From contig JANJGN010000008.1 of NCBI GenBank assembly GCA_026770705.1, forward strand, positions 73,346,001-73,410,000: a stretch of DNA of 64,000 bases, read 5' to 3'. Position 1 is the stretch's first letter. The number at the start of each line of letters is the position of its first letter. A model generated the notes under the pieces. The model saw only the letters and a list, made by a program, of their open reading frames with translations. It ran no database searches and had not been told where the DNA came from. This document shows, piece by piece, positions 39,707 to 51,750 of the stretch. A program made the position numbers and the translations under genes. The stretch comes from Isurus oxyrinchus. Lineage: Eukaryota.

Positions 39707-40411
39707 TTCATATGAGCCTCTATAATCAGTCCCCTCCATGCTGGGTCCACGTTACTATCTTGGTTGCGATCCTAATCAGATCAACGCAGCACATCTATCT
39801 CTGAATGACGAATTACAATCTTGTGTCACAATGTCATCATCTTTGGAAGATTTGGCAGCTTTAGGAGTATGCGGCCTTTCTGTTATGGGATAATACTGCA
39901 ACATCACCTTTTGTGAGCAGAGTTGAGATGGTGCAGCCTCTTCAAGCATCTAGCCAATATTCCAGTGCCTATGGCAGCCTTCAAGAGGCTGGAGCAGCAC
40001 TGCAATCCTCAGTGCTCTCATGGCAATATACCTGTAATCTGGCAAGATGCCTCAAGGAGGACAATCATCACTCAGTGGTTCTCGCCTTCATGTGTAAGCT
40101 CAATCCTGAATCTGCACTGCGGTCTGTCCGCACAGGTAAGACAGTATTCAGGCTTCATACTCAGTCCCCTGTGTTAGTTATTTCTTCAGGACACAGCTAT
40201 CTGTAACTCCATGTAAAGGCTGAGAAGCTGCACTTCAGCTCACCTCTCAGTGGACCGCGAAGGCTTCAGGAGCAGCTTGGTTTGATACCTGTCAGGCACT
40301 CATGACCATGCCTCCGTTTGGAGTCTCCAAGTGTTCCGTGCTGCCTAGTCATGGCATTTATAGGTCTGAAAGAAGATGATGACACTCCATCTAGGTCTTA
40401 AGGACTCCAAT

Positions 40412-40790
40412 TCTTTGATTGAAAAATACAAGATCCTGAACGGCCTTGATAAAGTGGACATGGAAGGGATGTTTCCTCTTGTGGGTGAGTCCAGAATTAG
40501 GGGGCACTATTTTAAAATTAGGGGTTGCCCTTTTAGGACAGAGATGAGGAGAATTTCTTTCTCTCAGAGGGTTGTGCAACTTTGGAACTCTGCTTCAGAA
40601 GGCGGTGGAGGCGGGGTCATTGAATAATTTTAAGGCAATGGTAGATAGATTCTTGTTAGGCAAGGGAATCAAAAGTTATCGGGGTTAGATGGGAATGTGG
40701 AGCTCAGCCATGATCTTATTGAATGGCGGAGCAGGCTCGAGGAGCTAAGTGGTCTACTCCTGTTCCTATTTCTTATGTTCTTACGTTCAA
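40412..40790 (+). mobile_element. CR1 family A 3' fragment
   Basis: YKILNGLDKVDMEGMFPLVGESRIRGH..RRISFSQRVVQLWNS; tail (TTCTTATG)n. Confidence 0.88.
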
Positions 40791-41689
40791 TCGCTGATAA
40801 TAAAGACCACACATTAGATGTCACAGACACTCACTCTGATCCCATTTGAGACCTCCACATTTTCATTTCAACAGTCTGATAAATGCACACGGAAGCCAGG
40901 CACACTAATGCAATGGTCTGTTGCACATTACCATGTCGACTGACCATCTCAGAGCTGGCAAAGAGTTAATGTGATGAGACGCTAGCCAGACCTTCTGGTG
41001 CTGCATCCTCCCATGTCCAAGTCAGGCATCTGGGGCCTCTGCACACAACTCCTAGGTTATATACCTAGCAGGAACCACAAGGCTCAACACCTGTCAGCAA
41101 GGCTCATAGCTTTAAATCATGGAGATTAGAGGATGGGGGCTAATGTTGGGTGATGTCCAGATGTACACACGGACATGAGATAACGCAGCAGGCAGACAGG
41201 AAGGCATAAGAACTACGAATTTGGGTTTATAAGTGAAGCTCACTAAAGACTCATGAAAAGTACATGGAGGCCAATGAAAGATGCACCTACTCCATGCGTG
41301 TCACCATTCAATCCTGTAAGATCCACATTGAGCACTCTACAATGCAGAAGCAATGGGAACTAAAGCAGTCTCCATATTCTAAACTTATGAGGCAACATTA
41401 TATGAATCCGTGAAGCAGGGCTCAGAGATACCTTGGCCAACAACACTTCTTAGAGGCAGAAGTTTCACTCATGTCAATACTGTGCAGAGAATGGTCAGGC
41501 ACTGTAATGAGAAGTTTCTAGACAGTGTAGAGTGCAGGCAGACAATGGGGTATCTGTGACACTTGACGGGACATGGAGCGTTTCATCAGATAGAAGAGGC
41601 ATACACAACATAAGCAGTGAAATGGGTCAAAATCTATTTACATTTGTGCAAATTCTATACAGATTGTGGACACCTGTGCTACCTTTGTG

Positions 41690-43383
41690 GTCTTAGTATT
41701 TCTTAATTTTTCTTACCCTATCACTATATCTGGGTTCTCCTCCGCATCCACAGCAGAGGTGGAGGAAGCCTGCAGGCTGCTATGCCCTGTTGTCTGCGAT
41801 GACCTTGGTGGACATCCTCTGGAGGGCCAAGTCTTGGAAGGCCCCAGCCTGCTTCAGGTCTCCTGCTGTGTAACATGTGCATCCTCCTCAGCCTATAGTG
41901 CAGATGATGGGGTCACAGGCAGAGGGGATGGGATCAGCTGGACACTCTCGGAGTCACTTTGGATGGACCCTGGGTGTCCAGCTGCTGGTCCTCCACCCTA
42001 TCCGTAGCTGAAGGCCCCTGCCTGACTCCTTGAGGAGAAGAGGCACCTGTAGTGAGTTTGAGGTACCCTTTCCCCCTCTCGCCTAGCCACTGATGGATCC
42101 CATCTATGCCGAGAGCGATGGAGTACAGGTCCTGGTACGTTTCAGGTACAATGACCTGGACAAAGTTCTCCAGTTGCCACCTTACTAGTGTTGATCTTGG
42201 TGCTCTGGCATGTAGGAGCAATGACATCAGACTGAGCGCGGATGGACTCCTCCATCGTCCCTTGCAATCTGGTGACAGCATTTGACAGCACTGCCTGATG
42301 TTCCCGTGTCTGTCTTTGCAGCTCCAACCTCTGTGTTAGAGCCAAATTCAGAGGCTCATCATCTGACTAGGACTCAGCAGGAGCCTGGCTTCCAGCAGCC
42401 CCTCGAGTGCCGGTGACCTTGGATGTCCCAGCCTCCGTCTGCTGTCGATCCAAATCTGTGCTATGCTCAACAGATTGTGACCCCAAGCCTGCTCTAGAAC
42501 TAGATCCCACTGAGGTGTGTGTCCCTCCGCTGGTGGTGAAGGGTCTTCATCCAGTATGTCCTCAGGATCTTCATCTGAGATTGTGTGGGGTCTGGAGCTG
42601 ATGGGCTGGCTGCCACTGGGCCTCTTCCTTTTGCTACTGGTGCCTATCAAAGAGAGAAGAGATAAGAGTGATTGGCTGCATAGTCAACAACGTTACAAAG
42701 CACTCACAGTTTTGTTGAGTGAGCAATGAGCTGTTGATGGGTCCTCACTGGTTCGTGAGACGCCAATCTCACCTTTGGCTTGGGCACAGGTCCTGGTCCT
42801 CGCTGGCCAGCTCTGCTGCACGCTCTTCACACTCGGTGAGAGGCCTGAGCTTAGGCATTCGCCCACCATTCTGGGATCTCTTCCTTTCGTTGTGGGCGAT
42901 CTCCTCCTGTATAAAGACAGATGGACAGCCTGTGAGCAGGACGGATGCCAAGGCAGATGATAAGGATGCGAGCTGCACAAGATGTGACAGGAGATGAAGA
43001 TATAAAAGTGTGTCTGAGAGGATCAGTGGTGGTGTCCCTTGTACTGGTAGTGAGTGAGATCCCTGAAGACTGTAATCCTGCAAATGTCTGATGGGCTTGT
43101 GAGAGTGGGAGTTGAGAGTGAGGAAAAGGTTCACTTACCCTGGCGGAGAGGATAACATCATTCATCCTCTTACTGCGCTGGATGGAGGTCCTCTTGTGAG
43201 GATCGCTGGCGCTGACTGCCCTGGCCATCTGCTCCCAAGCTGCGTGGTGAGTTTGGTGGACTTCCTTCTGCCATCATGGGGGTAGAGGATCTCCCAGAAA
43301 GCCTCCACAGTGTCCAGATGTGCCCCTAGCGCATTGTCACTGAACATGGGGACAGTAGGCTTCTTACCTTTCAAAGCCATCAC
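41690..43383 (-). pseudogene. Harbinger Myb/SANT-like DNA-binding gene, three exons, decayed
   Basis: Exon 1 43383-43140 (PMFSDNAL..ILYPHDGRRK..W..MARAVSA..KRTSIQRSKRMND) then GTAAGT donor. Exon 2 follows TTTATACAG (EEIAHNERKRSQNGG..LTECEERAAEL). Exon 3 starts at ~42643 after CTCTTTGATAG. Confidence 0.8.
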
Positions 43384-44217
43384 TTGCTGTGATCAGTCCT
43401 GGACTGCAGAGAGTGAATGAAGTAGCCAGAGAGATGATCCGATTGGGTCACATTGGGGTGGACGGATCCCAGCCTGCCCCGCCACAAGGTACCACGTCCT
43501 TCATCTTTGTGCATATATAATGAGCTGAAAAGTGGACAATCTGGCATGGAAACCTGCCACACCAGCCAACGGGAAACGTGCCACTTTTCCTGCCTGCTAT
43601 CACACTTAGTCTCTGGTGCAGAAAATTCCGCCTGACGTTGAAACTCCCTCTGGTTCGTCGGAGACCAGCCATATGACCGAAGATGCACGGGACAGGAATT
43701 CCACAGAGTCCCAATATACATTTTTGGCCGTATGCCTGGTCTCCGATGATCCAGAAACTGGAAAATTTGGCCCAATATAAAGAGGACAAATCAAAGAAAC
43801 AAATTATACTTTACGTTATTTTAGGCTCAAAATGTCTGAGACCCCACTCAATTACCATGCTTCTGCAGCAGTGCAATGGTTCATTGAGTACCGAGCCCAG
43901 TTCCTTGAGGTCATTGTAATTTGCATCCGATAAGAGCCATTGCATAATAATTATTAACTTTGTTTACCAAGAAGTTATGAGCAGTTGAAGGGTCAGGTGG
44001 TTAATATTCAGCTCGCTGATCTTCTGAAGCATAGAACCTGCTTGGAAATGAAAGTAGAATGAAAATGATCATTTTACTTATAAATCTAAGTTATAGATGA
44101 ACCCTCCCACGATGTACTGCCTGAATCAGTAAGATTGAGATACATGTTACTTGGAAAGTTAAAAGTATAATTGAGTCTTGGGAACCCAAGGGTAGTTTTG
44201 ATTATTAAAATATCATG

Positions 44218-44285
44218 GCAAGTTTATGTGGAGAAAGAAACAGAGTGAATATTTCAAGTCCATATAACTTCTTCAGAGCTAAAGA
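44218..44285 (-). mobile_element. Old Penelope-derived fragment with canonical-core hammerhead remnant
   Basis: Minus strand reads CTGAAGAAGTTATATGGACTTGAAATATTCACTCTGTTTCTTTCTCCACA. Confidence 0.5.
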
Positions 44286-44289
44286 TGAA

Positions 44290-45358
44290 CTATATTACAC
44301 AATGCAAAAAAGATTGGAAAGATCTCAATACAAACACAAGGAAATTATTCAAATATTCACTATTCCTTCAACCCCACTATATCTTTACAGACACAGATTA
44401 GGAAAGATAAAATAATTTACCAATCTGTCTTATACTCAGAGTAAATATGTGGCACATGTGAACCAACTGGTGAACTGTGGTCAGACACACCACAGTCCAA
44501 AGTAAATTACAGATGAGACCAAAGCAGATTCTATGGATTTCTCAACAATCTGCCCTGATGCTTGTCACACTGTGAGCCAACTGGTCTCACTGAAACTCTA
44601 TATTTCTCACAAGGGTTTCCAAACTCCACTTTTGAAGAACTTGTCTTGAAATTCTCTCAGATGTTGCTGTCACTCAGACAGCTTCAACAAGGATCCACCT
44701 CCAGGGTTTCAATCTCAGCTTCCAAGACTCCTTTCCTCTGGATCTCCGAATACACTCAAGCTTCACCTTTCAACCATACTTTCAGATCTTTGACAGTGCC
44801 AAACAGAACACCATGGCTCCAAAAGGCCTGCAGAAAGGGATCATCAATCTTTGGTTTCCTCTTTGGATCTTTAGGGCATCTCTCAAGACCACTTTGCTTC
44901 AAGTCTACTTTCCTCTCTCTCTAACTATGGCCCATTTCTCTGCTCCTTTTCCTCAATGTTACTTAACAGGATCTGTTTCTAATCTCTGGTCCTTGTCCCT
45001 TACCTGGGACTGTCTTCTGGGATCTCTTCCTGATGCCTGTTTCTTTTCCCTGCCTGGGACTGTCTTCTGGGACCTCTTCCTGTCCTCCTCCCTGTGTTCT
45101 GCTCCGTGGGACACATTCTGGTGAATGGCACTTCAGTTCAGGTCACCTGACCTGGCCGTTTCACATCGTTTCACTTCTTTGCTTCCTTTCCTTCTGAGCA
45201 GGACTGCAGGGCCAGTTGTCGGCCTAAAGAATGGGAAAAAAGCACTAATTGCGCATGTGTGGCCAGTTCCTGCCCAGCACAAGCTCAGAAGTCCAGAGGT
45301 CAGCTGGGAACTGGACTACCGATTTAAATTTAAGGTAAGTATTGGTGTTTTGTCAACA
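44290..45358. mobile_element. LTR-like repeat (unassigned)
   Basis: Ends TGTCAACA, strong strand-compositional skew, internal ~30-bp duplication at 45003-45082. Boundaries uncertain. Confidence 0.3.
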
Positions 45359-46059
45359 CTGGAAGTGGAAAGCTGGAATAATTGGGAAAATACTACTCAG
45401 ATTGATCTAATTATGTGTCATGTTTCAGATTTTGTCAAATTGTGTGACTTACATACTTGTCATCCATAAGTCAACTAAGAGGTGGCACTTAGAGGACAAA
45501 AGCTTTGCTAAATTCAGTTGCACAAATGAAGACTGATCAACGTTGGTTGTCATTCTTGTTTTCTGATGAAGAATTAGAAAAGTAGAAGTTTCAGGAAAAG
45601 CTGATTGCCACCGTTCAGTTCGGGCAGTCTCTTGTGCCATGTTGGATATTGTTATGTTATTGATTTGGATGATAGTAACTAACACATACTTCAACAGAAA
45701 ATCAGCCTCAAAGTAAATTAAGAAAATGTGCAGATTTCTGTACTATCATTGCCTGGCACAGTTGTACCAATTTTCATCCCATCTCTCAGGCAAGAGTTGT
45801 GTGGAAATGCAATTGAAATCACAGTACTCTTATGGCTGCTGTCGCATCCCTTGCAAATTTGGAGCTTTACTTGTCAAACTAGCAACTAATCTCATTCAGA
45901 AAATAGCAGTAATAAGATCAGTTAATCACAAATACATACAATAGAGTGGATTTAACCAATGACCATTTTGTAAGTAAAGTTTTCTGTGTGTGACTGAAAT
46001 ATGCACCAACTACTTATGCCTCATGCCATCTCCTGTTGACATGTATGCTCTCACTCAAT

Positions 46060-46661
46060 GGGCAGAATCTTGTTAAGGCATCAGGGGTCTCGCCTGCCAG
46101 CTAGAGGGCCAGAGGAGACCCATGCTACCTGCTTTAGGGAAGGCCTGCTGAACCATATGCCAATCAGGCAGTGGCGAGGCTAGCGGCGGGCCTGCCCCTG
46201 GAATCAAGAAGACTCACCAACCGAGAGCTCCCAGCCAATTAAGGGCAGTAGATCTTGTGCTGGGGTGGCTGTGGCTGCTGCTGGAAGGACAGGCACCCTA
46301 GTCCTGGGATTGTGGAGTGATTCAGGCCACAGGTATATAATGTCGGGGCTGGGGGGGGGGCGGTTGTTTCATGAGGTTGGGGGTTTGGGGAGAGAGGTGC
46401 TGGGGTTCGGCTGTGGGGGATGGATTTCAGTGGGCCCCTCCTTCCTGATGTCCAGTCTCTCCCTCTTTACAGGTGACAAACAGGCTGCACATTCTTACCT
46501 GACATGGAAAAGTCGACCATAGGCCTTCCCACCCTGAACTTAATTCTGGCAGAGGTGGGAAGGCACCAGGATTCTAGCACACCATCCCCTCCCCAGCCCC
46601 ATTAAGTAAGTGTGCTTCCCACCTCTAAGCTCGCTACCAGTGACAGCACAAGTTTCTAGCT
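46060..46661. mobile_element. Harbinger-type MITE
   Basis: AAT|GGGCAGAATCTTG ... CAAGTTTCTAGCT|AAT; internal homology to 6691-7460 (CCCCTGGAATCAAG, GGCTGCTGCTGGAAGGACAG). Confidence 0.6.
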
Positions 46662-47049
46662 AATGAGAATGTATTTATGCTGGTATCCTCAGTGATTCCT
46701 CTCTGCTAGTAGAACCACAGATAGGAAATGGCTCATCCCACTGCTGGCATTATGAAGCAGATAATATTATCCACAAAGAAGCAAACTCTTATTGAAGGTT
46801 TTTATCCAGCAACCTAAATGAAAATAAAAATGATCTAAACTTACCATTATACCAACATCAACTTTTATCACCTGTCAGAATTTCCAGCCCAAATAATTTC
46901 ACTGTTACTCCAGCTTCGAACTTGTGTCATTCATGGCCTTCTGCATCTGTTCATTAAAAGACTGATTTTGTTCAGTTTTCTCCTTGGTACTATGGAATTG
47001 TCCTTATGATCTCTTGTTTCCTTTGAAAATATAATAAATTTCATAATAT

Positions 47050-47917
47050 TATTGTGATTTATTTTAACGTTGGGTTAATAGTGGGGTTTGGATAGTTTCT
47101 CTGTGTGCATGTGTCTGTGAGTGTGTGTGTGTAATTTAATTGAATTGGAGACAGCTGGTCTGGAGGCTTTGAGTTATCAAAAAGAAACTAGGTTTGAAAT
47201 GCTAAATACATAAACATGGCTGAAATTTTAGAATGTGCGGTGTAAGGAAAATTTGCATTTTTAGATAAATTAGGTTAACTTAAATTTCAAAGACATGTTA
47301 CATCTAGACAGGAGAAGTTAGCCAAACAGTGTTTACTTTTCCCAAAGGTTACTGATAAAATGAGCACTATGTAAAGATTTATATTATGAGAAAGGTAAAG
47401 TTCCAAAGAAATAGCGGAACAATGGAATTTGCATTAAAAGGGGAGAAACATGTATACAGGAGATGAGGCTATATGTCAGAGGAGAAGGCATTCTAAGATT
47501 TAACACAAGTGTGAAAAGCCTCCAGCATCTGTGCATCAAGTTGTTGTCTATAGGAACTGAAGCTGAGACACCTCACTTTGAATATCACTGTTGCTTTGCC
47601 TGTGTCTGTTTAAATCTATTTGTTTTTACTATTGCCTAATGGAGGTGTAACTTGGAGCCAGATTAATTAGGGGTTATAGGAGTTATTATAGTAGTAATTG
47701 GTAGACCTTTGTATGTGCTTAAAATTTTTTCTTTTATTAATAAATGTTTAATTTAGTCTTCTAAAAAAAACCTCTGAAGTCGTGGTAGTCTTACTACTTC
47801 TGAATTCAGGGCACTCATCTCAAAATAAAATACAAATTCTAAAACAGTTGTGACCACGTGATCAAGTTCCCTCATGGATTTGATTGCCTAGCACACATCA
47901 TCTGCTATGTCATTACA
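47050..47917 (+). mobile_element. Probable solo LTR of a second family
   Basis: Ends GTCATTACA; AATAAA at ~47739 and ~47824; LTR-like composition. No TSD resolved. Confidence 0.4.
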
Positions 47918-48349
47918 TTTGAGTGTTAACATATAATTGTTTCAGCTGGTGAATTTTTCACAGGTTTGGTTTCTTGAATTTGAATTTGGAGTAGGTCAGA
48001 GGTGCCAGAGCTGAATTGTGCTGGGCTCCTGGTCACGACCTCTTGTGCCAACAATTCAGCACATCTTTCAAACTGATTTTACCATTACTACCTCCAAGGT
48101 TTCCAGCCCACAATGGGGGAAGGTTTGCCCTTGTTACAATTCTAAAGATTAATTTAAAGCTTATTGAGATGTGACTTGTTACTTTGCTGAAGTGATAAAT
48201 AGTAAGCAGCTGGGAGGTTACTTTAGCGACTCGATTTATGACTCCTTTGCATTATTAGCAGCTCAATTTTTTAACATGCAAGATTCCACCCCTTTACTGA
48301 TGAAATAATATCTGTGCTTGCCTGAAAAAAAGACAAAACCTCTTGGAAT

Positions 48350-48425
48350 AAGAAAGAAAGACTTGTATTTAGGTAGCGCCTTCCACGGCTCCAACGATGC
48401 CTCAAAGCGTTTTATGGATAATGTA
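48350..48425 (-). mobile_element. Deu-SINE 3' tail fragment
   Basis: Reverse complement matches the SINE tail (AAACGCTTTGAGGC..GGAAGGCGCTA..AAATACAAGTCTTTCTTT), as at 60630-60697. Confidence 0.55.
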
Positions 48426-49289
48426 AGTCAGTGGCTGAGAAATTATCTCAGTTACACTTTTGGAATAAATATCCAGATTCCAATTACATGAGAGAAGAAA
48501 CTTTTTTTGTGCAGTTATGCTGCTCTGGCACATCCAAGCAAGTAGATTAAGATCAACATAAAAGAGAGCCTATTAAAAAGCTACTGATTCAGTTGAATTT
48601 GGAGGCCTTATCTGAAGGCAAATGTTCCCCCAAGAGTGAGGAAAGAAAAATCTAAGCTTGTGTGACTCCATGTTAGCTTGCGTGAAACAATTATAGTCTG
48701 GTGCTGACAAAGCATGTCCAGTTAGCATTATCTTCCTGCAGTAAGGCAACATGCAAAATGCTAACTGACTTGACACCTGCTATTGCAGTATCTGCTTTTT
48801 TTAATAGCTTTACCACCCTTACTGTACAGTAGTGCTCGTCAGCAGCCAATACTTATGTTCACTTTGCTTCTTTCAACTATTTGGACGTGGGGTCAGAAAC
48901 TATAAAGGATAATACGCCCTGGGTTTAAAGAATGACCTGTGAAGTGTTGGGCTCCTTTGAACTTTAATATGAGTGTTGGTCTGACCTGTTGCAGTTATCC
49001 AGAAATCAGATTTGAAGTTTTTTATGTGAAAGTGATGCTTGGAGCAGAACATCGGGAGCAGCATAAAAACCAACAAAAAGCAATAAGGCTCAATATCTTC
49101 TCCAGTATTAGTGATATTAAATGAATATAATAGAACAATGAAAGGCAGAACTGGCCACCATATAGCACACAATCACATCTTCAAGCATTTCAAATAGAAA
49201 CATGATAAAAGATCTGATAAAGTGAAGCTTTCTTTGTTTAAATAATGCAGATTATGGCACAATATGATAGAACAGTTTAAAATTATGAC

Positions 49290-49510
49290 AGGGTGCTTCC
49301 AGGTAATGGAACCAGACTGTTAGCAACAGTTGAGGGGCCTAGAATAAGAGGCCATTGATATAGGATTAAATGTAAGAGAGCTGGAACAGAGGGCAGGAGA
49401 AACATTTTTACACAAGAGATTTGTGAGGCTCTGGAATTTATTTCTGAGATAGGTGACTGAGGCAGAAAGTATGTCAATATTCAAGATTGGTCATCTGGAT
49501 AGGTGAATAA
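49290..49510 (+). mobile_element. CR1 family A fragment
   Basis: GPRIRGH...GRRNIFTQEI..LWN-like sequence. Confidence 0.55.
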
Positions 49511-50038
49511 CAAAAAGAAGACTTGGCGCAGAACCTTTCACTCAGCACGTGGACGTGTGTCTGACATGCTCGGTGTAAAATAGTGACCAACAACATTGGG
49601 TGAGCGTCCAGACGTCATCACACATTCGAACGATATTTCGCTCGGCAGGTGCACGCGGGTGCCGGAGCCGCACTCACCATTAATTAACAAGCCAGCTAAG
49701 GCCATTAAAAAATCAATTGATGCCAATATTTCATTGCCAGTGCGATTCCCTGCTCTTCACATGGGTGAAATGGGCAGGCAACAGCCAGCAATTTCAAACA
49801 CCTCATCCACGGGAAGGATAAAAAGGGTCAACAGCATTGCCAGTGTGAGAAGTGAGGAGCTTGGTAGATAGTTTGCTGCTGGTGACTTATTGGTGTATGG
49901 CAGCTTCACCTCTGTTGGGGGCTTCATTGTTAGCAATTCTAAGCTTCATTTCAATACTGCTTGGTGTCTCCAAGGACCACGGAGAATTCAGACCTTGTGG
50001 ACCCTACCAGATATCAGACAGCCTTCTGTTACCCTGGT

Positions 50039-51268
50039 ATGGGGATTGTGGTCTCTGCCGGTGACATCTCATCTGAGGAGGAAGAGAGGGGCAGGAGGGG
50101 GAGGTGTCCAGGTGTCCCACTGCAGCTTCCAGGGGAGCGACTTGTGGAAGGAGAGGTGCAGGCACAAGGGGCGCAGGGATAGCAGGAAGTCTAAGGTGGA
50201 AGGGGCCACAGGAGATGCCACTATCATGCTGCCAAGGCTTACATGCGGCGAAGCAGCTACCTCAATATATCTGAGGTGCAATACCGAAGGAGGCTCTGCC
50301 TTTCAAGGGAGATTGTGACCTCCATTTGTCAGATGATTGGCCCTGAGATCACCTCCAACTGTGTGGGTGGACACCCCATGCCAGTGGCTCTAAAGGTCAC
50401 AGCTGCCCTCAACTTTTATGCCTCCAGCTCTTTTCATGGGTCGGTGGGGGATCTGTGTGGAGTCTCCCAATCAGCTTTCCACAGTTGCGTCAAGCTGGTG
50501 ACAGAAGCTCTGTTCAGGCGAGTATTGACTTTCAATCACTACCTCTCGGAAAACGCCAGACAGGCTGAGTGAGCCAGAGGCTTTACACTGAATATTGGGT
50601 TCCCCCGCATCCAGGGTGCCATCGACTGCACACATGTGCCCATCAAGGCGCCAGCGGGTTAGCCGTGTGCCTTCGTCAAGGGGAAGGGCTTCTACTCCGT
50701 GAACATGCAGATAGTGTGTGACCATAGGACAAATATACTGCAAGTCTGTGCCAGGTACCCTGGCAGCTCCCATGATGAGTACATCCTCAGACACCCCTAG
50801 GTGCTGAGGCTCTTCAGTGCTCCAGCTCGACTGGGTGGATGGCTGCAGGGTGACAAAGGCTATCCCTTGAAAAGGTGACTCATGACGCCTCTCCAACAAC
50901 CAAGAACAGAGGCTGAGCAGTGGTACAATAGGAGATAAGGGCAGTGATAGAGAAGGCCAAAGGTCTTCTGAGCACTCGCTTCTAATGGCTGGACTGTTCA
51001 GGCATCAGGCCGCTCTGCAATACCCTCTAGAGCGGGTGTCACTGAGAGTGGTTGCATGCTGTGCTCTCCAGATTCTGGTACTGGCAAGGGGGTACCCACT
51101 GGGGGAACAGGATGTTGACGCAGATGCACAGGCCACAAGTGATTAATTTAGTAGTGAGTCGAAAGAGGAGCATGGTGATGAGAATGCTGAGGGCATGAAG
51201 GCAGACTTCTGTAACCTAGAGGGAGGCAGGGATACCAGGGACGCCTTGACCCAATGCTCCTTCAGCTA
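50039..51268 (+). pseudogene. Harbinger DDE transposase pseudogene (HARBI1-like)
   Basis: GHPMPVALKVTAALNFYASSSF; IQGAIDCTHVPIKAP; KGFYSVNMQIVCD; YPGSSHD; GWLQGDKGYP; ends RDALTQCSFS. Several in-frame stops. Confidence 0.9.
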
Positions 51269-51328
51269 CAAAAACAGAATTACCTGGAAAAACTCAGAAA
51301 GTCTGGTAGCATCGGCAGAGAAGAAAAG

Positions 51329-51367
51329 AGTTGACGTTTCGAGTCCTCATGACCCTACAACAGAACC
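51329..51367 (-). ncRNA. Minimal hammerhead motif, 3' pLTR copy (extra A9>U change)
   Basis: GGTT-CTGTTGT-A-GGGTC(ATGAG)GACTC-GAAACGTC-AACT. Confidence 0.55.
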
Positions 51368-51750
51368 AGGTGAATCCAAGGAGAGGGGTGAAATATAAGC
51401 TGGTTTAAGGTGGGGGTGGGGGGGGGGTAGTTGGGTGGGGGGAGAGAAGTGAAGGGGGGGGTGGTGTGATTGTAGGGATAAGCAAGCAGTGATAGGAGCA
51501 GATCATCAAAAGATGTCACAGACAAAAAAACAAAAGAACACAGGGGTGTTGAAGTTGGTGATATTATCTAAACGAATGTGCTAATTAAGAATGGATGGTA
51601 GGGCACTCAACGTATAGCTCTAGTGGGGGGAGCATAAAAGATTTTAAAATAATGGAAATAGGTGGGAAAAGAAAAATCTATTTAAATTATAGGAAAAAAA
51701 CAAAAGGAAGGGGGAAGAAACAGAAAGGGGGTGGGGATGGAGGAGGGAGT

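Larger units (their letters stand above)
34584..43773. mobile_element. Large decayed PIF/Harbinger transposon with nested insertions
   Basis: Imperfect TIRs GGCCGGATCTTCC / GGAAAATTTGGCCC, flanked by AAT/AAT; convergent transposase (+) and Myb/SANT (-) remnants. Assigning both ends to one element is an inference. Confidence 0.6.

Noticed and set aside
46844-46946. Minus-strand coding exon (ACAG...ATG|GTAAGT)
   Set aside because: All three frames contain stops; at most a non-coding exon.
50039-51268. Domesticated HARBI1 gene
   Set aside because: Multiple stops and frameshifts, flanking TIRs and several paralogous decayed copies in the window indicate a transposon.
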